From Trichoplax sp. H2 (lineage: Eukaryota): a DNA stretch of 30,844 nt. Both the position numbers and the translations under genes were made by a program. The notes below the pieces were generated by a model that worked only from the letters and a program-made list of their open reading frames with translations, was not told the DNA's origin and made no database searches. Positions 1 through 10,700 of this stretch are shown here, in pieces; the first letter of the stretch is position 1; the number at the start of each line of letters is the position of its first letter. The stretch lies in assembly GCA_003344405.1 (NCBI GenBank), contig NOWV01000245.1:62001-92844 (forward strand), written 5' to 3'.

Positions 1-546
1 GTTAGCTACTTAAATTTATAAATGTACAACATTGTAAACACAGTGCCTTTCTATTTCATAAGTAAGGGCCTTGTTGTACTTTAGTTAAAGAGATTAGCTG
101 CTATTTGCTTCGTAATCATTCCAAGCTTATCGTTGATTAATTTTTAAACATAGTTACTTTCAATATAGAGTGCAGTGCATTTCATGAAATTAATGATCGT
201 GTAAATAAATAAATAATTCCTAGTAAGCTCTGCTACACGCGTATTTATAATTCATAATGTTTAATACTTAAGATCAGATAAAGAGCTGTTATATCAACTA
301 TTTGATCAACTAAACATTAACTTGATACCGAATAGAGTTCGAGAATACGAATTTGGAATAAGATTTTTCTTGTTCTATCAGCTAAAGATTAATGTGTCAT
401 CGTTGTTTTTAAATATTAAAGAATTCTAAATATTATATAGTGTACGGAGCTATGTAGATGAGCTTGTGTGAATAGTTTTTTATTATAAACAGTAATAATG
501 TAAGAGCATTTGATGCATACAATGACTTCTTTCTCTTTTTTTAAAG

Positions 547-589
547 CGCGTCCTCGACATGATACCGATGCTCGGATTGCCTCTTACCG
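547..589 (+). other. Probable small exon of an unidentified upstream gene
   Basis: Strong pyrimidine tract ttctttctctttttttaaag, GC-rich 43-nt body, gtaatc donor; frame and product unresolved. Confidence 0.35.
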
Positions 590-1853
590 GTAATCATAAT
601 TATGATAACTTACAGTAGGATAACTCCTTCATCATTTAGTCAGGACATTTCTAGTGGTTAATATTGGTCAGGCGTTGATGCAGAAATTGTAAATGTTGAA
701 TTTAACACGAATAAACTAGCCTTGCCGTACATGTAGAGAGAAATGTAAATTCCGTCATTGTCATGGTTATGTTCGCGCGAGCAAAAATTGACGTTGTGGA
801 CTGATTGGAAAGAAAGATGTCAATACTGATCACTAGTAGCTTTTATGGCGTTAACTCATCAGATTTGCAGTTAGTAGTTACCAGTTATCGGCAATCATAA
901 GTAATTAAAATTGTTTGAGAAGTCTAAGCACCATCGTGTGCGCTGTTTGATTTAGTTACGTTCAGTAGTGAGACCCATCGTGACCTAAATCATCTCAGTT
1001 AGACCGCAAGGTCAAATAATATTCAACGTCGTTTTGGATCATTACTTGATCTCAAATATAGAGTAACCCAGGCCTAGCAGACATCGGTCAGGTATTGATT
1101 ATTTGCGTAGAAGTAGTCTAATTAGTATATTAGTCGGAGTACCTCGAGAATTTCCCGCATCTGCGGATGAAATAGTTCTCATACAATACGTTAAAAATAC
1201 TGAATGGTAACAGGATATCACTCGAATAAATTTTTAGTCCTAATATTTTCGCTAGTTGCTATTAGGGAAAGCGAGAAAATTGTGAATGTTAGAAAGGACA
1301 CCATTACTAATCCTATTCTTGAGATACAGGAATGAAGAAACTTCTTAATAGCTTAATACCGACTATAACTACTCTTATTGGCCTACCAGCAATTACTTTT
1401 TATCGAACAGAAATTGGAGACCAAGTATACGCCAAAATATTACTTACATTACAAAACTCGTACTTTTTATTGTAAGTTAGCTGGCTAATGTATCTCCTCG
1501 ATCGATAGATACAGATCTACTACTCCATAAATGTATTTCAAGATGAAAAAGCGTTAAATCTATCCAATTCAAATGTTAAAATTACTAACAAAACTTATTC
1601 GTTTGCACAATCCTGCTTAGACTACGAGCACTTTTAAGCTAAAGTGTCTTGGCTAGTGTTTTAACAAATACGTTAAGACCTATTTCTATCATTTGATGAT
1701 GAACAAGAATTTAAATACCTTGAAATAAAGAAGATCTAAGGTAAAATAAATCGTAAAGAAAAAGACATTGAAAAGAAACTACTCAACTAAAAATTCTCCT
1801 TGAAAAGGCGTAATTAAAAAATTTCCACTAAAAATACATGTATTGTCAGTATC

Positions 1854-1864
1854 GGGGGGGGGGG
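1854..1864 (+). repeat. G11 homopolymer
   Basis: 11 consecutive G in an AT-rich context. Confidence 0.9.
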
Positions 1865-2840
1865 AATTACGTTAGCTATGGCTTTGAGGGAGAATCTTTA
1901 CTTGAGTAGTCCCTGTAGTGAACTAGAGGGGACAGATTAAGAACCAAAACTATGATCTATTGACTAAAATAGTAAAACCTAGAAACGCAATCGTGCTTGG
2001 ATTCTCTTTATCATTAGCAAAGGAAACGAAATAATGGAGCACAAATGATTAAAACATTAGCGAATTATACTAGTTTAGATAACTCGCCTTGACTGAAGTC
2101 ATGAACGAGGCTATTGAACCGTCAGACTAAATATTTATGTTGGCTAGCTACTTTTTTAGCTTATGTTTTTATGATCGAAGTACGCTTTTGGAGGTTTTTC
2201 AATTCAGACCCGCTAAGATTAACTTGGTTACTCCGCTCAACTTGCTGAATAATATAATAAATAAACTCAATTTACGATTATGCATAGTAAACAGTACTGG
2301 TATGTGTAAATAGATACGCGCGTTGATTGCTTTATAAAAACTGCAAAGGAAGCTCACCAAACTTACATTATCGTTTATGATATTTCATTAAAGGCAAGGT
2401 TTCTTGTCCACAATTTCAATGTATTATCTATCTGGTTGTTAGCTACTGCTATGCATGAGACTTGTTACGCGTATGACTTTAATGTTAGAGTTAGCAAGAT
2501 CTAAAACTGGGAGAAGATCATTCATCTGATTGGCGAACTGTTACGATAAAAAAAGATTTTAAGTTTAACTTTTAAGACTGCTTTGACATGTTTAACCCTA
2601 TTTAGCATGATTGACGTAGTAACATTTGCAATAATAATATTAATAGCAACCAAAATGCAGCCTTTTCTGCTTACTGCATCATACAGTAATGACGCATCGT
2701 TGCGTGTGTTTTGTATACCATAGGAGAGCCTTGTGGATATGTCTAGAAGCTCATACTGTCATACAATAGGCTACTACTGTAGAGTAGAATAACCTTTCTT
2801 TACTTAGGATACCTTATAGTATACTGTACATTATACAGCA

Positions 2841-3425
2841 CAGAGGGTTTGAGCAATTGTGGACATATTTTTGAACATTATTTGCACTGATTGACTAAAC
2901 CTACCCATGGTCTACTTTAGTCACCACTGACCATATTGGCGTAGTTAGGTCATGTAGGCATACTATTTCTAATGCTGTCGAGGATGAACGCGTAACTTTG
3001 ATCATTTGGAAGTAGCCTAGTGCACAGAACGAACAATATAGTGCAACTTTGATCATCAAAAAGCAGCTTAATGTAGTACAGCATAGCTTAGCTTGCAGAG
3101 GGCTTGAGGAAGCGCGGACTTATTTTGTACATTATTTGCATTGGTCTGCTCGGTCTACCATAGTGACCACTTACCACATTGGCGTATTTAGGTTATGGAG
3201 GGCATACTATTTCCGATACAGTACAGGATGAACGATATAGTGCAACTTTAATCCTTTGAAAGCAGGCTAATCTAGTGCAGTATAGCTTTCAGTGGGCTTG
3301 AGCAAAGGGTGGACTTATTTTTAACATGATTTGCATTGGTCAGCTAGGTCATGTAGGTATACTATTTAAGATACCACAGGATGAACGACATAGCGTAACT
3401 TTAATCTTTTGCAAGCAGCCTAATC
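2841..3425 (+). repeat. Degenerate tandem repeat, 3 copies, periods 255 and 194 bp
   Basis: Units start cagagggtttgagc (2841), cagagggcttgagg (3096) and cagtgggcttgagc (3290). Shared blocks include gga-c(a/t)tatttt, atttgca, catactattt, ggatgaacg and aacttt(g/a)atc. Confidence 0.85.
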
Positions 3426-4089
3426 AATTAAGTATGTTGGCAATCTTTCTATATGTATTCTGCCTTCATCAATTAATTCTTCGCTCCATTTTCCATCTCA
3501 TACTGCATTAGCTGCAGCGGACATCATCCTCTCCATTCAATAAGTCGGTCCAACGAGTTACCTACCTGTACCTATCACCATGGATACCCCAACCATTTCC
3601 TGGACTGTAGTATAGTCGAAGGGTACCGTAACAGTCCACAAGCTGTCAGTCTGTAAGCAGAACCTACCAGCTGCGCACAATCACTAGCTCTACATGGTCT
3701 ATCAACATAGAACTAATATGACAACTAGGCAGACACCGTAGTCAGGTTAGCTAGCACTCGCGTTGATTTTGCTAGAGCTAGTGGATGCTCGATGCCAAGC
3801 AGATCATTAAATTGTGCAATTTTACTCATCAATTGTACGTCTATTACTACCGATATTGACTGCTACAAAAAGTGACGACACAAAGTTGATTTTACTGTAG
3901 TACGATAGTCCTCTTCTGCTGCTGGCGCTTCTAGAAAAAGAGAGCGACTGTTGCAGATTGATCGACAAGGTGATCGTGAAATAGAGGACAGCTAACATCC
4001 CAACAGTATTGCCAGTGACTACCAAAACAAAAAACGGATCAACTAGGGCGAGGAGGATATCAATACGAACAGCAAGCAAGAAAAAAGGA

Positions 4090-4154
4090 ATGACGACTAC
4101 AGTGAAGAAGTATCCCAGTCTGTACCTGCAGAGCGATTGGAATTTAGCTTTGAG
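4090..4154 (+). CDS. PAAF1: PAAF1 exon 1 (MTTTVKKYPSLYLQSDWNLALR)
   Basis: First in-frame ATG after the upstream stop at 3982-3984; donor gtttga at 4155; QSDW motif. Confidence 0.88.
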
Positions 4155-7100
4155 GTTTGAGCAATAAAGTAGATTCAATTCTACTGTAACTAAGTATGCA
4201 AATATAAGAAAGGAGATTTGCAGCGATCAGTATACAGTAGAAAAGTCAAGGACTGTATAATGTAGTACGGAATAGAAATCATAATTGTACTATGCATGTA
4301 GACAGTTTAGACAGAGGCTATAAGTAAGAAAAATCTGCACCATTTTTCTATCTAATTTGTAATTCACGCTTGCTCAATATCAATTGGCCTCATTTGTTAA
4401 GAAGATATAGTATACTTACAGCGAGCCAGGCTTAATATCTATGATGACTTGCAGAGTAGTCCTCATTTGCATCGAAAATTCTCCTGACAAATTATAATTA
4501 AACGGAATTGTACCAGTATTGGTATAGCTGCATTAAGTGAACGACTTGGATACCTACTTAACAGTCATTTAAACAATGGACTTTTTGATGCATTTCTTTA
4601 GAGAGGCCAATGGAAGTGCTTGGGTATCTTGCAAGCTAGGTATGTCATCGCTGTATCGTGACATAGACACACATTCTATAGCATGCATAGAATGTATGTT
4701 GTGCCTATCCTACATGGAGAGTCAGTAAAAATATTCAGTTTATGAATATACGTCTTGAATGTCGCCTTCAGTTAACGAGACGCAATATCGCTTGTACTGT
4801 ACAAATATGTAGTACTGTACGTCTGGAGTAAACTTAAAATAATTACAGTGTGTAATTGAACCTATATGGTGTATATGGATGCTATCCATACACATTTTCA
4901 TTGCATTTTACTACTCTAAAAGACTATGCTACTGTAGAATAATAAAACTGGACGAACGAACAATTCATCGTGCAAGCCGCGTGATATCAACGAGCTCTAT
5001 ATTATTTTCTATTCACTCTTTCAGGTGATACATCCATTCGTGGTAGTATTAAACGCTTCGAAGATGGGACACACGAAGTATCAGAAGAATTTTGCGTTAC
5101 TAATATCGAGCAGGTAAGAAGCTCTTATCAATATTAGGTGCAATTTCTGTAAATTGTAAATACTTGAGCGTAAACAAGTACGTTTTCATTTACTGAAATA
5201 TAATGTTACAATTTGAAAAGTTCACTATTGCTTATGCTAGAGGGAAGATTTGTTGTACTTGTATTAGGCTTGCAGGCAGTATTTATTATACCATGCTGAT
5301 TTTATTGTCGTGTCGAATGTTAAATTGACTTTATTTGATCACGGCTATAATGGTTATTATTGGATGTAGCTTTAATTTACAAGATACATTATAATACTCT
5401 AGCTGTGAATTTTCTTGTAATTTTTGGATTTGTGGAGATTATAGACCCGTACATTGGAATGGGTAATTTACTAGTAATTATAATTTGTGCACCATTTGAA
5501 TTACTTTAGCTTTAAAGTAAGAAATAGAGTATATACGACTGATATAATGATCTTGCGGATAAAGTGTGCTCACTTATACTTGCAACATAAATCATATTAT
5601 TTATTTTTATAATTTGTGTAGAATCCAATTACAATTACTTGCCCAAGGAATCGATGTAAAGCTGATTTTTTGGCTCCAAAACAGGAATATCCTCGGCATC
5701 ATCGTGGAAGTGTAAGCTTAATTCAGTTAGAATGATATGATTTCACTCTATCTCGGAGGCATGTCAGTAATGTAAATGTACATAGTTGAGTACTGTGCCT
5801 CTCTTGTGTTATAGTAATACTTATGAGCAGTTGTAAATGTACAGTTCAGTTGAGCACTGTTCAAAGTAATCTATAGGTACATTACTAAAACGAACATAGC
5901 AAACTTATACTTTGCAAACCGTTACTGCATTGATAATAAAGTTAATATATTTAATGGGGTTTCTAGGTACGAACTATTGATGTCAGCCCTGGAGGTAACT
6001 TAGCAGTATCAGCTGGAAGCGATAGTACTATTAGACTATGGACCACTGATAATGGCGCAATTAGGGTACGGTTATGTTGCTATTAATTTCTTGATGAGAT
6101 AAAAAATTTGAAGCTACAACTATTTAGCTACCCATTTTGTATACAGCGGTGATTCATATGACAAGACATTTGTAATATTGTTTTCTCTTTATCGAAACTA
6201 GCGTGAATTATGTGGACATCACAATGATGTCACATCATGTAAGTTTTTCCCTTCAGGAGTTGTACTGTTATCTGCATCTTCAGATATGCAAATTAAAATT
6301 TGGTCAACGGAAGATGGTTCAAATCCTGCAACATTTAGAGGGCATACATCGAGTATGTTAGACTGTAAACTTATAGCATTTGTTCAATAGACAGGGCTTT
6401 ACAAAGTTTTTTACGTTACTGCTTGATTAATTTGTTATTCATAAAATAGCTGTTACAGACACTGCGATTATCGGGCGTGGTAGAAATATTATATGTAAGT
6501 TTCTTTAATTACAGTTATTAATGCTCATCATTATATTAAATATCATAAATTATACTATAAGTAACTAACTAACTAATAATAATTAACTATAGCATGCGGA
6601 ACTGATGCAGCCGTGAAACTTTGGGACTGTGGACGAAGTAATTGCCTTGATACTCTTCTTAAAGCTGATTGTCCCATTAATGCGTGCGCATTAGATAATG
6701 ATCAAGCGGCAGTTGGTTTAGCCCATCGCGGAACAGCAACAAGTAACTAAATTATGATGAATTACAGCTTATAACTAGGATATAATAGCATATTGTTGAA
6801 TATGATAATAGTCAGTAAGTCATAAAGTTTTATTTGTCGTAATTAATGATATTTCAATAGGCGAGCGTGAAATTGATACGCAGGGCAAAATAATAGCGCT
6901 GGCAATGGAAAACAATTATATGGAATGCCTAGATGTATACAGTAGGAGCCAAGTACGATTGTAATAATAATTAAAAATTTACTTAAAATTTTCTAAGTTG
7001 ATTGCTGTACTGTACAATGTATATCTGCCTTAAGAGTTATGATATTTCTACTTCGTAAATAGATTTGTAAATTGAATGCATCATCTGCCTTCAATTGTTG

Positions 7101-7716
7101 CATCATTAATTCGGGCTTAACAGTCATCGGAGGTTGCCAGGATGGCAGCTTATACTTATTTGATTTACGAAATCCAAGGTGAGTCTAGTATTAGTTAGAT
7201 TGATGTTGCTTATTCGTATATCATTAATAACACTTGACATTTGGCTTACTACCAGTTGTATTTCTACGTGATAATTAAAATAGGGCTCCTTTGCAAGTTT
7301 TTTGTCGTTCCGTTTACTCAATTACGACGTTAAAATCAATATCGAAGGAGGATATCTTTGTAGGGACAGGTTAATAGCTTAATAGATAAATTAAGAATTA
7401 GTAAACGGATGTTATTGTTTTTTGCGACATTCCGTATAAAGATCAAGCAGATTACTTTACTTTGATTGTACCAATTTAATGTATAGTTGATATGAATAAC
7501 TATTAACCCTAGAATTCCATCTATTTTTTTATTCAAGGTGACGGATGTTGTTACAAATGGAATATAGCCAAAGCATACACGGAAGAAGAGCTGATTTCAA
7601 CTATAGAATTGTCGGGATCTGATTGCGATCCTATTTATGACATAGCTATCCATGAAAATAAGGTTTATAATTGTTGTAGAGATGGTCGAATTAGACAATA
7701 TGCAATTCCCCTATAA
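4090..7716 (+). CDS. PAAF1: Proteasomal ATPase-associated factor 1 (PAAF1/WDR71/Rpn14 family), WD40 protein, 12 coding exons, 399 aa
   Basis: Manual splice reconstruction join(4090..4154,4602..4639,5025..5113,5622..5711,5967..6065,6202..6352,6450..6494,6593..6742,6861..6952,7063..7178,7284..7369,7538..7716) = 1200 nt. All introns are GT-AG with consistent phases and there are no internal stops. Motifs LQSDWNLALR, AWVSC, FLAP, CKFFPSGVVLLS, GRGRNII, KLWDCGRS, SEREIDT, SAFNCC and ELSGSDCDPIY...CCRDGRIRQY match metazoan PAAF1 as I recall it. Confidence 0.95.
4602..4639 (+). CDS. PAAF1: PAAF1 exon 2 (EANGSAWVSCKL)
   Basis: ttctttag acceptor, gtatgt donor; resembles DEGEAWLSC. Confidence 0.9.
5025..5113 (+). 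CDS. PAAF1: PAAF1 exon 3 (GDTSIRGSIKRFEDGTHEVSEEFCVTNIEQ)
   Basis: ctctttcag acceptor, gtaaga donor, phase consistent. Confidence 0.9.
5622..5711 (+). CDS. PAAF1: PAAF1 exon 4 (NPITITCPRNRCKADFLAPKQEYPRHHRGS)
   Basis: tgtag acceptor, gtaagc donor; I-x-CP...FLAP motif. Confidence 0.9.
5771..5860 (+). repeat. Short direct duplication in PAAF1 intron 4
   Basis: tgtaaatgtacatagttgagtactgt (5771-5796) vs tgtaaatgtacagttcagttgagcactgt (5832-5860). Confidence 0.6.
5967..6065 (+). CDS. PAAF1: PAAF1 exon 5 (WD repeat VRTIDVSPGGNLAVSAGSDSTIRLW)
   Basis: ttctag acceptor, gtacgg donor; WD40 pattern. Confidence 0.93.
6202..6352 (+). CDS. PAAF1: PAAF1 exon 6 (GHHNDVTSCKFFPSGVVLLSASSDMQIKIW)
   Basis: actag acceptor, gtatgt donor; GH...IKIW WD40 repeat. 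Confidence 0.95.
6450..6494 (+). CDS. PAAF1: PAAF1 exon 7 (VTDTAIIGRGRNII)
   Basis: aaatag acceptor, gtaagt donor. Confidence 0.92.
6593..6742 (+). CDS. PAAF1: PAAF1 exon 8 (CGTDAAVKLWDCGRSNCL...)
   Basis: ctatag acceptor, gtaact donor; LWDCGRS motif. Confidence 0.93.
6861..6952 (+). CDS. PAAF1: PAAF1 exon 9 (EREIDTQGKIIALAMENNYMECLDVYSRSQ)
   Basis: caatag acceptor, gtacga donor. Confidence 0.92.
7063..7178 (+). CDS. PAAF1: PAAF1 exon 10 (SAFNCC...GCQDGSLYLFDLRNP)
   Basis: aaatag acceptor, gtgagt donor. Confidence 0.93.
7284..7369 (+). CDS. PAAF1: PAAF1 exon 11 (APLQVFCRSVYSITTL...FVGT)
   Basis: aaatag acceptor, gttaat donor, phase consistent. Confidence 0.88.
7538..7716 (+). CDS. PAAF1: PAAF1 exon 12 (GDGCC...ELSGSDCDPIYD...CCRDGRIRQYAIPL*)
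   Basis: tttttttattcaag acceptor; conserved C-terminal motif; TAA stop at 7714-7716. Confidence 0.93.
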
Positions 7717-7749
7717 TTGTCACATGTTAGTCGATAGCGACAAGTTTCA

Positions 7750-7755
7750 AATAAA
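7750..7755 (+). terminator. Putative polyadenylation signal of PAAF1
   Basis: First AATAAA after the stop codon, about 35 nt downstream. Confidence 0.45.
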
Positions 7756-10700
7756 CTAAGGAGATTCTTCGCTGTATAATTACCAGTCAGAGACCATCAA
7801 TGCAGTAGAGTTCATATTGTTTTACCATTAACGTTGCCATAATTTTGTCGTATTTCAGAGATCTCTACTAGATTCATGTATGAGCATTGGATATTATCAG
7901 TATTAGTTTTGTTATGCTTCGTCAATCATCTTCAATTAAATTTATTTTCATTATGCCGAGCTATGAGAATACTGTTTTCCATTAATTGTTTAAATCTATG
8001 TATAGTAACCCGTATACCGCTTGTTTCGTTTTGGCTGTTTACAGCGCTGCCTTTATTTTATTTCGATCACGTAATACGGTATTTGGATATTGCAATTAAA
8101 GCCTTCTTACTGTTTTATCTTAGTTCTTAAATTTTACGTTTTGTTTAGATAATGTCACTTTATTTATTAGCTATGGTAACTGTTTCTAATCGGCAAATAC
8201 TTTACTTTCAATATTGTAATATAAGCGATGTTATAAGGGGAGGTAGATTACATATCGGGAGTGAAGGTATTATTCGTTTCTTATAGTTTTTACCCGTACC
8301 ACGCGAAATATCAGCATTAAATCGTGTTTGATTCTCTCGATACAAAATTATACTTTTAAATATCATATTTGTTGCTAAGCGTGTCTATAGTTGCTAAATA
8401 ACACAAAACAATGTAATTGGCATGTTATCTCCTTAGATATCTTTCCTTTAGACTTGGATAATTGGGTTGTAATAATGAAATTAGGATTGTGTATTTTTAG
8501 GATTGAATCAACATTTAAGTCCTTTAAGTAATAAATTAAATTATGATTATTATTTGTGAGCTTTTGCGTGATGTTAAGATTTATAAATGACAATGTCAAT
8601 TCCCTATAAGAGTTCGTATAAGTATCTACATCCATGAGATCACTAAAAGGAAGTTATTAATGTTAAATTTAGTGCAGTACTTACGAAGTGGGAAATAACT
8701 TCTGATTGTCGTTTTGCTGGGATATTGCTTTTTTTCTTGCTTTAAAAGCTCACACTTAAGCCTTTACCATGTTCGGAAACTTTAAAATTCTGAACCGTAT
8801 AAATTACCTCTAAATTCGTACAAAACTCCTGATTATTGTAAAGTATCACGAGTCAACATAATTACAATTTATCAATTTAATTATAGACATGCTGTAAAGA
8901 TTTCAGCTAATTACAGCAGTTATGTGCTAGGGAATACAGTGATAGTAGCGTAATGTAGAACTGTACGTCTTAATAACGTAAGTATTGATTATGCTAATAC
9001 CGGAAAGTATGAGAGCGCATTTGTAATGAGTGATACTGCATACCAATGTTTTAATAATAGTACAGTTGGATGTGTTTTAATCTTTTTCGCCATAATTGTT
9101 TTACTAGTAGGTATTTTAGTTGATAATTTTCCCTTAATGATTAAGTAAATGAGAAAATTTATACAGATAACTGCCGCTATTCAAAAATAAATGGAATTGT
9201 TTGAAAAGAGAGAAATATCATTTGCTACAAATATTAGATCGATGGGAAAATTTTGTTATGTATAATGATATCAATTAAATTCGAACAAAAGCCAATTGTA
9301 ATAATATGTTTTATGCTTAGTGAGTATCAGCTGCTTCTACGTAACTTTTGAAATATGCTGTTATTAGCTTATTTACTATCGTGATTTCATGAAAAGATTA
9401 AAAGCGACGATTTTAAGTGTTGATCGACAACGGTAGTTAAAATAATAAAGTTTATACATTATACGTATCCATTGTTTGATCATAAACTTAGTAATAAAAA
9501 TCAAAAACAGCTTTAGGCTGATTCTCAAAAATTTTAAAATATTGAATAACATAAAGTTTAAGCATTGTTTGTTTTAGTTTACTACTCAAATTCAGACTCG
9601 GTATTTCCTACCTCATTATTTACGATATTTACAACTAATGCAAAGATAAAACCTGATAAGGCAATCTCTAATTAGTCTTAAATTTAACATCTGGAATAAG
9701 TTACATTGAGGTAAATACGTAACGTCGTAAATGAATCGAAAAAGGCTGTGTATATGAAAATTATTGATTTTAAAAGTAATTAGTTTAATTAATTAAAAGC
9801 AATTTATTTCTTGATAAAGTATTATTAAAATGTGCTGTTACTTAAATATATTGCTAAATAACATTCATTTTACACTAAATTCATTGTTTAACTTCAATCC
9901 AGATTTTCAAACAGATAGATAATTAATTTAAAAATGGTAAATGAAATGGTAAAAGAGCTCACGATAATTGCGATTTTATCATACTTGAACAGATATAAAC
10001 TTTACAATGGCGGAATCAAGGGACTCATTAAAATTTATATTAAACATTTGTATTAAAAATTAATGTTGAAAATTTATTCATAACAATTAAAGTAAACTAG
10101 TAGTATAAGCCTTGAATGTAGTAGCAATGAGTCTGTTACAGCATCATATTGATGTCAATGATTGAATAGATGGAACTTGAGAAGATGATTGAATCTTAGT
10201 CCACAATAGTTAAGTTGGATAAAAAATCGAGCTTAAATTAAAATTATGTATAACATACAAGTTAGAAATGTTTGCTAATAGAACGGCTAAGTAAGGAATA
10301 GCATACTTGAATATACCTAGCTTAATAAAGGTCTACGAGTATAACTGATGGATCAGAGCTATTTATCTGTAAGTGATTCCTACAGTCAATAAACAGGAGT
10401 AATTTGAGTAACAATTAGTTTAGTAAATAAGTTTTTTAACGGTTTTTGGCTATGTGTATATGAAAGACAAAAGGACGTTTCAGTTACTGGGTTATCCATG
10501 AGAGATAGGTGTGGAAGTAATTTAACTTAAAGACCTTTTACTTTTCGATACCTTGTCACAGAGTTAATTTGTGAGGACATTCTACTAGATAATTATAAGA
10601 ATGGTTGAGTTGCGTATATACAGTGTTCATATGGTAGGTTTAACACTGTGAAAGTAAGTGATGCATATTATATACGAGTATAGTGTTAATGTGCTATATG

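Larger units (their letters stand above)
2682..4936. promoter_or_regulatory. Cluster of 10 palindromic TAC(A/T)GTA motifs around the PAAF1 5' end
   Basis: Hits at 2682, 2775, 2822, 3217, 3893, 4182, 4233, 4795, 4813 and 4930; overlaps a locally GC/CpG-richer zone at about 3500-4150. Confidence 0.5.

Noticed and set aside
917..1624. RNase P-like P4 pairing (gagaagtctaag ... cttagacta)
   Set aside because: About 700 nt apart and the other conserved regions were not found; an 8-bp match is expected by chance
2472..2515. SECIS-like ATGA...GA stem
   Set aside because: Weak GU-rich helix with mismatches, no apical AA, no lower stem
3049..3511. ORF-track ORFs 3049-3231 and 3326-3511
   Set aside because: They lie in the degenerate tandem repeat, their frames are not preserved between units, and they have no recognisable domain
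3822..4178. 118-aa - strand ORF
   Set aside because: Non-ATG start, antisense to PAAF1 exon 1 and its purine-rich leader; hydrophobicity is a compositional by-product
4441..4487. C box (ATGATGA) and D box (CTGA) in PAAF1 intron 1 as a possible C/D snoRNA
   Set aside because: Only 47 nt from C to D, no terminal stem, no convincing rRNA-complementary guide
7124..7536. Two - strand ORFs (65 and 66 aa)
   Set aside because: Antisense shadows across PAAF1 exons and introns
7876..8635. 84-aa (+) and 86-aa (-) ORFs downstream of PAAF1
   Set aside because: AT-driven composition, no motif, and lengths expected a few times by chance in this window; the nearest upstream donor for the - ORF would give only a 42-nt intron
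8955..9148. Short + frame with N-glycosylation sequons and a hydrophobic stretch (LIFFAIIVLLVGILVDN), like a GPCR TM1 relic
   Set aside because: No GN motif and no TM2/TM3 remnants downstream; T-rich DNA gives such peptides by chance
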